64,000 nt of DNA, taken from Octopus vulgaris. Its lineage: Eukaryota. The notes beneath the pieces were generated by a model. That model did no database searches. It was not told where the DNA came from and saw nothing but the letters and a program-made list of their open reading frames with translations. The position numbers were made by a program, and so were the translations under genes. Position 1 is the first letter of the stretch. Each line of letters begins with the position of its first letter. Location of the stretch: NCBI GenBank assembly GCA_951406725.2, contig OX597820.1, forward strand, positions 12,958,001 to 13,022,000, written 5' to 3'. Of this stretch, positions 1 through 13,378 are shown piece by piece.

Positions 1-1075
1 AGCTACCTGCGGAGGCCATTCGGGATCCTGTGTGAAGGCTAAAGGTGCTCCCTTGTAGTGCTCTTCCATCACTTTTTCAATTTCTCCTCCTCTATAGAAG
101 AGGACCAATACATTCAGTTCTTTCGTTGGCGGCACAGTTTCCGCCAACGGTATTCCTTCTCTTGTCGGTGGCACAACCCCAACCGACGTAGTTCCGCGAC
201 ATTCCGGTGCTACACTGACAGCCGGTAATGTCCCGTTTTTCTTCCTCTTTTTTTTTTTTTTTTCCCTTTTCAACTGAGGGAGGGTGCGTCTCCTCCGTGG
301 CTGGAAGATTCGCCTTCCTCTCCTCATCCCTATTATCCTTTGGTGAGCACCCATTGTTGCTCACCTTCCTCTTTCGGCCTCTGTTTGAGGAGTCCTCTGC
401 TTTCTCGGCCGTTATCGTTCCCTCTTCTAGAGGGGTTTTACTTAACTGTTCCGGGATCCTATTTTGTTCCCGAGGACAGTTCTTCTTTATGTGGCCGGAC
501 TCCAAGCACCGATGACACTTAGGGGGGCGACCCTCAAGCATCACCGGGTACCTGCACCCGGCCATTTTAAAAAATCTGGAAGAACCAGATTGGCTGATTG
601 GGTCCACAGGGTCAAAATTGCTTTTGACCCAACCCAAGCAGCCGCAGGAAGAACTTTTACATCGAGGAGCTTAGTTTCGCTGTCACCCAGACCCCGGCGG
701 ATAGTCTCCTCTATCCACTCGGGTTCTATGTCGGGTGGCAGTCCGCAGATCCAAGCTTTCATCAATTTCTTTTTTTGTACGTAGGCAGGAATAAGATTTC
801 CTTACTCTCCAAGGGTTTGCTAGCAAATTTGCAAGCCTCTTCAGGGGTGTCAAATAGCAACCACACCGTTGCATATTTGACACCCCTGAAATGAATTTAA
901 TTGTTGGCAAATACTCTTCCAACTCCTTTTCAATTGCCGTCTTTTCGAATAAGGCGATGGTGTCAAGTGCTTTGGAGTAGATTCTCAACACCACCGTCCT
1001 ATCTTCACGGTCTTTTAACCACTTTTTAGGTGGTATGGTTTCCCACTCCAAAATTTTGTTATTTTTCATTGCCAT
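1..1075 (-). pseudogene. Frameshifted ORF1 (gag-like) of a non-LTR retrotransposon, possibly L1/Tx1-like
   Basis: Three overlapping minus-strand ORFs (683-1075, 541-765, 92-637) join by frameshifts, one at a T-run near 770. Contains the zinc knuckle CHRCLESGHIKKNC (CX2CX4HX4C) followed by a basic, low-complexity tail. Probably continues off the window edge. Confidence 0.65.
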
Positions 1076-1771
1076 GTTTGTTTTAAAATATATTCAAATT
1101 AAACTCAAAAGCAGGAAGAAAAAGTTCAAAAGTCCAAATAAAATTTGATAGATTTTTGAAAAAACAAAAAGGAGAAAGCACAACAGAAGGGAAGAAATTA
1201 ACGGAAAGTCGCAATAAAGAAAAAAAAACAAAAGGGGGGATTAAATGAAGTTCAAAAGAAAGTTAATAACAGAAAAAACACAGCAAAAATATTCTGGCCT
1301 TGCGGTACTCCCGGCCTGGGTTGAACCTGGAACGCCGCAACTGCAACACAACCTCCACAAAAATGGGTCCGAAAGGTAATCCAATAGTGGCTTATTTTTA
1401 TAATTTTCTTGCGAAGTACTCTGACAAGGGAATAAATTCAACAAACCCAAACACAGCACTGGCTACCGCTAACGGTAATTTTAACAGTAACTGTATTGAA
1501 TTCTGAGGATACGCCCCTCCACTGTTTTTTCTTTTTTTTTTCAATGAACACAAAAACGGCAGCCACCGAGAGCAGGCGAAATTGTCTCAGAGTTGGACAC
1601 AACCTACTGAAATAATAATTGGCACGCAATAAATTATGCCCAACTCACAATAAACAAAATCACTTACCTCGACAACTTTCCGTTTTTGGTCTTTTTTCTT
1701 TAATTGGACAGAGCTGATTGACTCGCGTCCACTCTGGCTGAACAGGAAGCAGCTGACTAATTGCGCATGTG

Positions 1772-1811
1772 CGTTAGCAAAGCTACTTACCACACAGCCA
1801 CTCCTGCGCCT
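1772..1811 (-). mobile_element. SINE family A head fragment
   Basis: Reverse complement AGGCGCAGGAGTGGCTGTGTGGTAAGTAGCTTTGCTAAC matches the 5' end of the copies at 3594 and 32206. Confidence 0.8.
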
Positions 1812-1899
1812 TTATATGTATATAAAGTACATAGACATAATTCAAATACATGTTTTGTGTAGCTTATTTCCTAACCAAAAATCAGGTGCACATTATAAA

Positions 1900-2516
1900 C
1901 AATGAAAGGCCGATTTTAGTGATTCATTTGAACGAGGTACTAGAGAGCCAATCCGATGATAAATCTGACATTGGATCTTGGAAGTTTGCATGAATCCTGG
2001 CTCAGTTAAATATTTGTGGCTCCAAATACTGTCATCTGTAGTGCAGCGTTGTATTGCTTAATTTTGTTTGGGAAGTGCTTGGAATCTTGGTCAGTTGATG
2101 ACAACATTTCCTTCAATGACTCTGGAAGTTGGGGGATTTCAGTGAGTTTAGCCTTTCCACCACTGCAGCACGGTGCAGGTCTCTGCAGGCCACTTCCTTG
2201 CTTTACAATGTATGCACTCAGTTGTCATTGTACCAATGGAAAGTCTAGTGACTTCTGTATATTTGAAAGCTGCTTCAAAGAAGTTGCTTCTCTGAGCTGT
2301 TGCAACTGCTCTTCATTCTGCAGTGGAGATCCTATTCCTTGTCAGCCATGCATACCTCTGTTCATCATTTTGAGATCCTCTGTCTTTTGTAGTGCACAGT
2401 CTCTTCGTTTCTTGATATGCGTCCATTTCTGCAGCTGTCTCTCTTTCCCTGGACAGAAACATTCTTTTGGCTGACCTTGACATTGTTGATAAATTTGACA
2501 CTTTCCTTCTAGGCAT
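1900..2516 (-). pseudogene. Helitron Rep/helicase N-terminal remnant
   Basis: Manual translation gives CCSGGKAKLTEIPQLPESLKEMLSSTDQDSKHFPNKIKQYNAALQMTVFGA, then a frameshift, then EPGFMQTSKIQCQIYHRIGSLVP. This matches the Helitron motifs CCxxGK...SKHF..IRxYN.AFQMTSFG and FKIQGQVYHRIGSL. Confidence 0.8.
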
Positions 2517-2834
2517 GGTAATATACGTATACAGATATGCACAGGTGCTGAAGATAGTAAACAATGAAAATACCTGGGTAACGGAAATTATATTTTTTAA
2601 TACGATGGGCATAAAATAAATAAGAAATTTTTACGGAAAAATAAAGAATTGTATGGCTTGAAGCGAAATTTGTCAGTGAGCCAAAGAACCAGTGTTGAAA
2701 GAAACAAAAAAAATTGTTAACTGCAGAAAAATACAAAACCGTTGCAAAAGTAAATAAGAAATTTTGGGGGAAATTAACTAAGTGTACGGATTTAAGTGAA
2801 ATTTGTGAAGTTACTTTTGTCAGTTACTATTGTT

Positions 2835-3190
2835 ACATAAAATCTCCATTGGCTTCAACCACGGTCTTTTGGATGATCTCCTTGTTTAAGTTGCCTTCAG
2901 TTCATATTTGGTATTACAAGGAGTTTTGTTGGTCTCTCGTTCAACTGCGCCTCACATATAAAAATGAAGGCCAGATATTAGGGGTGATGTGGTTGCAGAA
3001 ATAGTCTGACAGCCATGACTGGGTTCTCGTTGCCAGACATAGGGTCTTCCACCAGCCACCGTCTTGACCCAAGCACTTGATGAAGGCCTCCGTGTTAAGT
3101 GTGAGACTGTGTGGGATGATGAATGGAGGCATAACGTCGCCATCATTAGTGATCACTCCAAACTCCATAACGTTGACTGAATGTTTGATT
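2835..3190 (-). pseudogene. Tc1/mariner superfamily (DD37D/maT-like) transposase C-terminal remnant
   Basis: Frameshifted pieces KHSVNVMEFGVITNDGDVMPPFIIP, GRPYVWQ, TQSWLSDYFCNHITPNIWP, VERETNKTP and VVEANGDFM* resemble the DDD catalytic region. Confidence 0.7.
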
Positions 3191-3593
3191 TTCATCATTG
3201 TCGATAGATGTCCTCAGATTTCCCTGACCTCAGATTTATACTCAAATACTCTGACATGTTCGTACTGGAGCTTCCGGCGTATCGTTTCCAAATTTCTGGC
3301 AGAGTGAATTGCATCATGGTGTTGTTTTTCTCACAGATGGTGCCTAACTGACCCTACTATACTGCGTAGTCGACAAAATTAAAACAAAACAATGCACATA
3401 CCCCAAATTACAAGTATAGAATTGCATGCCGTATATATGAGTGAATGCGTGTGTATGTGTGTGTGCCAATTTATATGTGTGTGTATATGTGTGCGTAAGT
3501 GTGGGTGTGTGTGAATATATAGTTGGTTTATAGATGGATATAGCTACCTCACCCATATCTATGAGACTATATTGTTATTTACGTATAACAATA

Positions 3594-3776
3594 GGCGCAG
3601 GAGTGGCTGTGTGGTATGTAGCTTGCTTACCAACCACATGGTTCCGGGTTCATTCCCACTGCGTAGCACCTTGGGCAAGTGTCTTCTGCTATAGCCTCGG
3701 ACCGACCAAAGCCTTGTGAGTGGATTTGGTAGACGGAAACTGAAAGAAGCCCCTCGTATATATGTATATGTATGTA

Positions 3777-3822
<46 letters not shown>

Positions 3823-4027
3823 GTGTTTGTCCCCCCCCCAACATCGCTTGACAATCGATGGTGGTGTGTTTACGTCCCCGTAACTTAGCGGTTCGGCAAA
3901 AGAGACCGACAGAATAAGTACTAGGCTTACAAAGTATAAGTCCTGGGGTCGATTTGCTCGACTAAAGGCGGTGCTCCAGCATGGCCGCAGTCAAAATGAC
4001 TGAAATAAGTAAAAGAGTAAAAGAGTA
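3594..4027 (+). mobile_element. SINE family A, full length (tRNA-derived head, internal (TA)n(TG)n, 3' tail ending in GAGTAAAA repeats)
   Basis: A-box-like TGGCTGTGTGG and B-box-like GGTTCATTCCC. Near-identical copies at 26492, 32206, 39486 and 58441. Confidence 0.9.
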
Positions 4028-5477
4028 TACTCTAATGTAATCATATATATTTGTGTGTGTATTTTGAGTGGTTATATTCAGGAAATAGATAATGGAATGA
4101 GATAGCGGTATTTCTCATATGAAGTTAAACTTGAGTGAAAATTTTGCAGATGTCTATCTACCTGTCAGTTCTCTGCATTTACTATTACGAGAAAATTGTG
4201 AAATTCTGTATCCAAGCTTTTAAATTTGAGAATCATTTTGTTTAAACAAATAACATTAACAAAAATTGCAGCAATTCCGTAATATTTAATTTACTTTGAG
4301 CTATTTTAGTTAATGCTTAAGGTATTTTATATTTTAACGAATAGCTTCAATTACATTTATAAGTCATAAAATTCAAAATTTTATTCATTTAGAAATTAAT
4401 CTTCTAAATTTGAGTATCATTTAGCTTGTAGCGAATAACATTAAGAAAATCTACTGAAATTTGATATTTGTGAATATTGTAGTAAAATTTCAGCTAAGAC
4501 TAATGACGTTTTTGCTAGCATTTAAAGTGTTTTATATTTTAAAATATAATTCCTGTTTCATTTAGACGTCATAAAATTCAACATTTTATTAATTAAAAAA
4601 ATTCAGTTTTATTTACTCTGATAAGATACCCACACATCTTATATTGAAACTTATTTCTTAATGCAAAGTAATTAAGAAGGTACTTAATACATTCTATAGA
4701 GGTGGATGAGAAGCCCTGCTTTCTAAGGAGATGAGGAATATAAGAATTATATTTCATATTTATTGTGAACAAAATGAATGACTGCAAGATGGCCGAATCG
4801 GAAAGCTCCATTGTGGTTTTAGTTTCTCAAGTTTGTCTTTCATCCTTCCGGGGATGATAAAATGTACGACCAAATATTGGCCGGTACTATAGCAAAATTG
4901 CTGACCTGGTTACTAAATCAGAAACCACTGTAAATAAACGAATATACATCGTTGATGGGAAACAAGCAAATTTTAAATGTGTCTTGAGTATACTGTCCAT
5001 TATAAAAGATTTTTTTTTTGAGAATTTAAACACTTAATACACACACAATCACATAAAGATCAAATTTTGGTTTCTATCGTAAAAATTATCTTTGAAATCA
5101 ATTACGTTATACATTATGTATAAACAAAACATGAATGAACTAAAATTCGAATAAGCATAAAATCAGTCGATTAATACGATTAGAGACATTAATTCGATTA
5201 AATGAAAATAAAGAGAAGACTGAAATCAGTTGAATAACTTTAAAGATATTAGTATGTAGATAAAGGGGGAAAGATTGTTTTGATTTGATAGTCAATATTT
5301 AAACAAAATTTAATATCAAAAGCGTTTGATGTGTTTTGGAAAGTACTTATATGTATAAAAATATACTTTCACTTAAATATCATTCCACAGCCCAGATTCT
5401 ATTCCCCATGAACCGTTAGTAAAGGTACTTTCAAACAAGCCATCATAACAACTGCGCTTAGGTTAAAAAGTCACGTA

Positions 5478-5682
5478 ATATTTCTTTTCTACTCGAGACA
5501 CAAGGCCTGAACTTTTGAGGGAGGCGGCCAGTCGATTAGATCGACCCCAGTACTTAATTTATTGATCCCGAAAGGATGAAAAGCAACGTCGACCTCGGCG
5601 GAATTTGAACTCAGAGCACAAAGACAGAGGAAACACTGCTAAGCATTTCACCCGGCGTGCTAACGATGCTGCCAGTTCGCCT
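5478..5682 (-). mobile_element. SINE family B (tRNA head plus Nin/Deu-like domain)
   Basis: Reverse complement of the family B consensus GGCGAGCTGGCAG...GAGTTCAAATTCCGCCGAGGTCGAC...CTTTCATCCTTTCGGG. Confidence 0.85.
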
Positions 5683-5713
5683 CCGACAGCTTCGTAATAT
5701 TTATTATTCATGC

Positions 5714-6116
5714 AAGGCGGCGAGCTGGCAGAATCGTTAGCACGCCGGGCGAAATACTTTGTGGTACTTCGTCCGCCGCTGCATTCTGAGTTCAAATTCC
5801 GCCGAGGTCGACTTTGCCTTTCATCCTTTCGGGGTCGATAAATTAAGTACCAGTTACGCACTGGAAGTCGATATAATCGACTTAATCCGTTTGTCTGTCC
5901 TTGTTAGTTCTCTCTCTGTGTTTAGCCCCTTGTGGGTAATAAAGAAATAGGTATTTCGTCTGTCTTTACGTTCTAAGTTCAAGTACCGCCGAAGTTGACT
6001 TTGCCTTTCATCATTTCGGGGTCGATAAATTTAGTACCAGTTGCCTACTGGAGTCGATCTAACCAACTGGCCCTCTCCCATAAAATTTCGGGCCTTGTGC
6101 CTAGAGTAGAAAAGAA
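5714..6116 (+). mobile_element. SINE family B, dimeric form
   Basis: Head AAGGCGGCGAGCTGGCAGAATCGTTAGC. The Nin-like core GCCGAGGTCGACTTTGCCTTTCATCCTTTCGGGGTCGATAAATTAAGTACCAG occurs twice (about 5800 and 5990). Confidence 0.9.
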
Positions 6117-6132
6117 TATTTATTATGCAAAT

Positions 6133-6520
6133 AAGGCGGTGAGCTGGCAGAAACGTTAGCACGCCGGGCGAAATGCGTAGCCGTATTTCGTCTGCCGCTA
6201 CGTTCTGAGTTCAAATTCTGCCGAGGTCGACTTTGCCTTTCATCATTTCGGGGTCGATTAAATAAGTACCAGTTAAGCACTGGGCTCGGTATAATCGACT
6301 TAATCCGTTTGTCTGTCCTTGTTTGTTCTCTCTGTGTTTAGCCCCTTGTGGGTAGTAAAGAAATAGATATTTCATATGTCTTTACGGTCTGAGTTCAAAC
6401 TCCGCCATGGTCGGCTTTGCCTTTCGTCCTTTCGGGGTCGATAAATTAAGCCCCAGTTGCGTAGTGGGGTCGATTTAATCGATTAGTCCCCTCCCTTGTA
6501 CCTAGATTACTAAAGGATAT
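6133..6520 (+). mobile_element. SINE family B, dimeric form
   Basis: Second tandem copy with the same head-core-body-core-tail layout as 5714-6116. Confidence 0.9.
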
Positions 6521-6835
6521 TTATTATAAGTATGGCACAACATTTCTTTTCACCATAGTTTGAAAAAACCGTTTTTAACGAAATTCAAAGGTAAGAGGGA
6601 CCGAGTAAAAAATATATATTTAACACGAAATTACATTTGAGTTCTTTGTTTATGTAACAGATGCTTCGTTTATATATAAATTAAAGCTATGCCTTAGAAT
6701 CTATCAGTCTTTCGTTTTCACCCTTTCTCTTTCTGTATAAATACATATATGCATATACACTCATACATACATTATCTATCTATATATGTGTGTATATATA
6801 TTATATATATGTATATATATATACATATATATTTA

Positions 6836-6877
<42 letters not shown>

Positions 6878-6897
6878 TATATGTATGTATATATATG

Positions 6898-6951
6898 TTC
6901 CACGTCCTCGCGTTGTTGTGTTTTTTTGTGCTTTCTTGTTTGAATTAACTT

Positions 6952-6953
<2 letters not shown>
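6898..6953 (+). mobile_element. 3' tail fragment of the short HHR-bearing family, inside (TA)n
   Basis: GTTCCACGTCCTCGCGTTGTTG...TTGTTTGAATTAACTTTA matches the 3' ends of 54760-54890 and 60748-60943. Confidence 0.75.
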
Positions 6954-6986
<33 letters not shown>

Positions 6987-6997
6987 ATACATATATA

Positions 6998-7049
<52 letters not shown>

Positions 7050-7687
7050 CACACGCACATAAACATGCATGTGTATAAATATATATGTGTGTGTGTATGT
7101 GTGAATGTATGTACGAGCATACGTACACATATAAAACCATACACACATAAACCATTGATAAAGTAAATTTACTTGCCTTAATAGCTTCATAACCCCAGGC
7201 AATTCCCATTAAACCTTATCAGATTAATTTAACTAAAATCTTCTGATTTTTTTTTCTTTTTATTTACTCTTTAGATTGAGTTCACTTTTTTTCTTTGCTC
7301 TTGAAGTCAGGTACACTGTAGTTATTAGAGAAACAAATAAATAATGTGTATGACTAATACAAAAATTGCAATCCAATTAAGCAAGGTGCTCCAAGCAAGT
7401 GTAATTATATAATTTACTTGGGGGGGCGGAATAAAGAAAGAAAACCGATACGAACTTATCTGAACCTATACACCAGGTATTTGGTACCTCATTCATTAAG
7501 TTCACTCGTCTTCGAAATAGCGACAAAGATAAACCAGATGTTTTGAACTGGATGGTTAAAAGACAAAGTCAACGCTGGAAGAGTTTGAACTCTTTTAAGT
7601 GTAACGTGATTAAAGTGTCACGATACACTTTATTAACCACCTGAGCTACCACCTGCACGTACGCTACTATTATCATAATTATAATTA

Positions 7688-7875
7688 AGGTGGCACGCCG
7701 GATAAGAAATGCTAAGTAGTATTTCGCTCCTGTTTACGTTCAGAGTTCAAATTCCGTCGAGGTCGACTTTCACGGTTTATCTTTTCGGGGTCGATAAAAT
7801 AAGTATCAATTGAATACTTAAGTCGATGTAATCGATCGTCCCCTCCCCTATTTTGCTGGCCTTGTGTCAACATTC
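7688..7875 (+). mobile_element. SINE family B, diverged
   Basis: GAGTTCAAATTCCGTCGAGGTCGACTT...TTCGGGGTCGATAAAATAAGTA core. Confidence 0.75.
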
Positions 7876-8058
7876 GAAATCATCATTTTCAATATTATTG
7901 TTTTACTTCTGAGAACGCCCGGTCTTGTTTGTTCTGGTAGATTCTGTCAGAGCGAACAACATCATGGTGTCAGAGGTTTCACAAGTTCTCTTTCTGTTCA
8001 TTATAAGCTTCGACACTCGGTTGTTAATTATCGTGGGAGACATGCAACATCCAAGTAC

Positions 8059-8740
<682 letters not shown>

Positions 8741-8892
8741 AATGTGGTAAGTTCAATTTGAAAAGAGTTAAGCTCTATGATATGATTTTATCGTGTTTTG
8801 TCAGAAAAGCTTTAATCCTGCACCGCAACCAAGAATCTTTCAACTTGAATTTTTCTTTGTCTACTTCCACTTTCATAGTATTTTTCAAATAA

Positions 8893-9095
8893 AAGGCAGC
8901 AAGCTGGCAGAATCGTTAGCATGCCGAGAAACCACTGAAGAGCATACCGTATGTATTTAAGTTCTGAGTTCTGAGGTCAAATTCCGCCGATGCCGACTTT
9001 GCATTTCATCTTTTCAGGGTCGATAAACTACGTACTAAATCGTTCTACTGGGGTCGATTTAATCAACTATCCCCCTCCTGCAAACTTGCTAGATC
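8893..9095 (+). mobile_element. SINE family B, diverged
   Basis: Head AAGGCAGCAAGCTGGCAGAATCGTTAGC plus the Nin-like core. Confidence 0.8.
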
Positions 9096-9117
9096 ACGTC
9101 TATTAGATCGTTTACCG

Positions 9118-9264
9118 TTTATTGGTACTTTATTTTATCTACCGTGTAAGGATGAAAGGCAACCTTGACTTCGGTGGTTTTTGAACTCAGAACGTAGAGA
9201 TTCAAAAGAAATGCCGTTAAGCATTTCGTCCAGCGCGCTAACGATTATTCCAGCTCACCGTCTT
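9118..9264 (-). mobile_element. SINE family B, diverged
   Basis: AAGGATGAAAGGCAACCTTGACTTCGG...TTGAACTCAGAACGTA is the reverse complement of the core. Confidence 0.75.
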
Positions 9265-10069
9265 AATAATCAAAACACACAGTGCTAAGGCATAACTAAT
9301 AATGGACAAGGAAAAAGATGGGAACATTTATCAAGAGCAACGGCTGTAATTTTTAGAATTTTTCAATATATTGTAGGAAGAAGATGAATAGATGAAGTAT
9401 TATGAAAGAACAAAGAAAAATTAGCAAGCAAAAATCTCCATCTTTAAGGGCAAAAGAACATAGATATTTCTTGGCATTAATGGCACTTGCTGGCAGTAAT
9501 GTTTTTGTCTTTTTATTGCGAGTAATGATATCCTGAAAAAGATACGAGTAAATAATAACGTTTATACATGTTATGTTGAGATGTTACATTGTGCAGCTGC
9601 GCGGCAGCTGTTATATTGCGAATCCACTTGTGTTTTAGCAATATTACGTATTGGTTTTATAACAAAAATATCATTTCATGGTGGAAATGGAGACTGTAGA
9701 GACAAGAATAATACCATAAACAATATGTTTCCTCTGTTTCGGAAAACAATACCAAAAAACGGATTAAACAAATACAAATTAAGATAAAAAGCCTCACAGA
9801 CTTCAGTAGAAGAAATAAAATAATGAATCAAGGCAAAGATAGAGAATATAAATGATATCTCTGACAGATAAAATATCATAAACAAAGCAAAATGTTTATT
9901 TATGACTGATGAAAGAGAATTCCAGTAATAATCGAACATTGTTGGAAAATAACCAAAACAGAAATCAATAAATACAGGTAAATCAAAACAATACTTCTCG
10001 TGGGTTTGGCACAGGACAAACACTGGACAACAGTACATAGGATTTTAAAATGCATGAAAGTAAATCTCT

Positions 10070-10240
10070 AGGCGCAGGCGTGGCTATATGGTTAAGGAGC
10101 TTGCTTCTCAATCTTGTGGTAATGAGTTCGGTCCGATTGCTTAGCAACTTGGGCAATAAACTTTCATTATAGATGCAGGCTGACCAATGCCTTGTGAGTA
10201 AAATTAGTGGTCGGAAACTCTGTGGAAGAATGCCACACAC
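10070..10240 (+). mobile_element. SINE family A head, diverged
   Basis: AGGCGCAGGCGTGGCT...TTGGGCAA...GACCAATGCCTTGTGAGT...CGGAAACT. Confidence 0.7.
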
Positions 10241-10264
10241 ATACACGAACGCATGCACACATCG

Positions 10265-10436
10265 TTAGCCACTACACACATTTTTTCTCTCCTTGTTTTT
10301 TTTTTGTGTCCCGTTCTGTAGAAGAGCGTAGGCTCGAAACGTAAAAGACTTTCTATTCCTGAGCGTTATACTAATACATATGTTTGTTTTGTACACCACC
10401 TGTCTTCGTCTTTTGGTTTTTTCGTAAACTCTTCCT
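10265..10436 (+). mobile_element. Short PLE-type element with a degenerate minimal hammerhead motif (about 10310-10350)
   Basis: CTGTAGA-A-GAGC-GTAG-GCTC-GAAAC-GTA. Shares downstream CCTGAGCGT with 60748-60943 (CTGAGCGT at 54760-54890) and ends in (TA)n. Confidence 0.6.
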
Positions 10437-10711
10437 ATATATATATATATATATATATACAAAGTAGTAAATATATATATATAGTTGAGGTGTGTTCTGT
10501 TAAGAACGTATAAGAGTACAAATAGACCTCGTTCACCCTTAGAATTCCCAAATAGCCGAATGTATTCTTACGGTATGCTACCAATTCTAGTCTCAGGTAT
10601 TCCTCGTGTGTGAAAATAAAAAATAAAAAGTAGAAGAGTCTTCCTTTTGACTCTTTTATTTTTTACTTTATATATAAATATTTTGTTTAATTTGTAATAA
10701 TAATGTATATG

Positions 10712-10805
<94 letters not shown>

Positions 10806-11346
10806 AATTAACAGAATGAGATAAGAAAACACGAGGCTGTGAAAATTTGTCAGAATATTTACAGCTGTTCCCGGGATATTTTTTATATCTTTTCATCAGA
10901 GAAGGTGCGAGAAAATGGCTAAGCAAGTTATTATAGATAAGATATGAAATACAGTGTGAAGTGTAGGAATGAAAACAGACATGCGATACGTAAGGATATT
11001 GTATTTGTAGTCCCATTATTTGTGCAGAATGGTGTATATATGTTTCCTATGTATGTATATATAAGGTTTGTTTATGGGAAACGTTTTGAATATGCAAATA
11101 AAGCTCTTATTTCATAATGCCGGCCACAGTCTAATGATGATGACTGGTGAACCAGTTATTTAAGGTTGCATCGAGTTGCACCGATATAATGTATGTTAAA
11201 TATAATATTAATAACCATACTCCTTGGTTGGAATGTGATTTGTAGAAACGCGCATAGCGATGCATTAAATGTTTACAAATTCCATCCTAGGATTATTGTT
11301 GTTGTTATCATTATAGGAGACCACTATAAAAAGTAGTGTTACTTGC

Positions 11347-11580
11347 AAGGCGGCGAGCTGGCAGAATAGTTAGCACGCCGGGCGAGATGATTAGCAGTAT
11401 TACGTCTGCCGTTACGTTATGAGTTCAAATTCCGCCGAGGTCGACTTTGCCTTTCATCCTTTCGGGGTCGATAAAATTAAGTACCAGTTACGCACTGGGG
11501 TCGATGTAATCGGCTTAATACCGTTGTCTGTCCTTGTTTGTCCCTTCTATTTTTAGCTCCTTGTGGGTAGTAAAAAAATA
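11347..11580 (+). mobile_element. SINE family B
   Basis: Near-consensus head, core and body. Confidence 0.9.
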
Positions 11581-11603
11581 TATATTTATTAGTGTTACTT
11601 CTC

Positions 11604-11960
11604 CGGGTAAATGGTAAATGGTAAAGAGCCCTTTCGATCATGAATGACCATGGGATTGCACCTAGAAAGTTCCCCATTGAGACCCAAGTCCGGGCAAGGT
11701 TGTTTTATAGAAGACCAACAGTCTCCCATGCATATCAGCCTGCCCTCTCCACGCCACCGTTGTTATCCAAAAGAAAGGCAAAGGTCGATACAGCTTGGCA
11801 CCAGTGACTTCGCAGCTCATTTCTGCAGCCGAGTAGACTGAAGCAACGCGAAATAAAGTGTCTTGCTCAAGAACACAATGCACAAACCTGTCCCGGAATC
11901 GAACTCACTACCTCGTGATTATGAGCCCGACTCTATAACCACTGAGTCATGCGCCTTCAC
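11604..11960 (-). mobile_element. tRNA-headed SINE family C (Meta/MESC-like central domain)
   Basis: Reverse complement reads GTGAAGGCGCATGACTCAGTGG...GAGTTCGATTCC...TGTGTTCTTGAGCAAGACACTTT and ends in TTTACCA repeats. Confidence 0.7.
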
Positions 11961-12909
11961 GCGTTACCTGTCACTAGTTACGATATACGGAGGATGTGTA
12001 TTGGAAATTAAGATAACATCAGGAAAGTCCAACATAAATACTTAATTCCTATGTAGTTATCACCATTGAAGTTATTTGGAACTCCATATCGGATGCATTC
12101 CGATGCGTAAGTTCAATGGATCATCCGGGGAACAATCTATTGCATAGAGTTACAGAGAATGAGTCATACTGTTGCAAAATATTTGATTTTTTAACACAAT
12201 ATATGTGTGCCGTGTGTGTCTTTGTGACCATGCGTCTTTCTTTTTATGTTTGAAGCACCTCCCCCCATAACTTGACAGCTACTGTTGCTTTGTTTGCATC
12301 CTCGCAACTTAGCGGTTTGGTAAAATAAACTGATAAAACATGTGCAGGACCTAAATTTACTTACTGAGGCCGATTTGTTTGATTAAACACTTCAGAGCGG
12401 TGCTCCAACATGGCCGCAGTTCAACTGGCTGAAATAAGCAAAAGACAGCTAAAACGTATATTTAATAATGAGGAGTTTGAGGATGTGTTAAGTTGGTAAT
12501 ATTTTAGGTCTGATAGCGTTCAAAGTTCCTGGTTTGAGAAAATTTCCTTTCCAAGGATGTGCTCTCGGTTTGACAAGATTACTTGCGAAAGAGAACACAG
12601 AAGACAAACAGTACAGAAGTGATCAACAACGGCCACATCACAAGATTACTTCAAGTGTTGGAATGAATGACATTGTTGAAAGCTGGTGTCATATACATGT
12701 TCATATCAATACAACATTTACTCCATGAGGAATCCAACGGCAGCTGATAGATGACATAGGCAACATGAGGTCAGCTTTAGAAGTTGAATAGGAAAGAGAA
12801 AAAATAGTGATGAGATGGATCGTATTCGAAAAAGATGCAATTCTTTATGTCCGAATAATAATGTACTTGTAAAAATATCTGATATCTGTGAAATAATATA
12901 TTATTGTAA

Positions 12910-13089
12910 GTGCACGCATGGTTGTGCGGTTAAGTAGTGTGCTTTGCAATGAAGAGGCTACGGGTTCAGTCCCACTTCGTCACAACTTGAGAGACGGGGC
13001 AAAGTGTCTCCTACCATTGCCCCGGGTCAACCAATGCTTTGTGATTGGGTTTAGTCGACGAAAACCGCATGGGACTACGTCGTATATAG

Positions 13090-13137
<48 letters not shown>

Positions 13138-13378
13138 GTGTGTGATTTTGTATCTGTGTTTGTCACCTCCACCCCCACCGCCATCGTTTCACAACTGGTA
13201 TTGGATTCTTTTTTTTTTTTTGCACTCCCATAACTTAGCGGTTAGGCAAACGAGTTCGGCAGAATAAGCACCACATATAAAAAAAAAAAAAGCATAGGCT
13301 CTGCGATCGATTTCTTCGATTAAAACCCTACAAGATGTTGCTCCAGCATGTCCGTAGTCAAATGATTGGAACAAAAAG
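12910..13378 (+). mobile_element. SINE family A, old diverged copy
   Basis: GGGTTCAGTCCCACT head, internal (TG)n, and tail TAACTTAGCGGTT...GCTCCAGCATG. Confidence 0.7.

Noticed and set aside
1280-1380. snRNA- or tRNA-like sequence upstream of the ORF1 remnant
   Set aside because: No convincing match to U1, U2 or a tRNA cloverleaf by eye; more likely the retroelement 5' UTR.
3594-4027. Assigning published names (e.g. octopus OK/OR1/OR2 or Twitch) to SINE families A-C
   Set aside because: I cannot verify which consensus corresponds to which name without a database search.
6749-7209. ORFs rich in YI/IY, TH, CV, poly-N, poly-I or poly-L here and throughout the window
   Set aside because: They are translations of (TA)n, (CA)n and (AAT)n microsatellites, with no coding signal.
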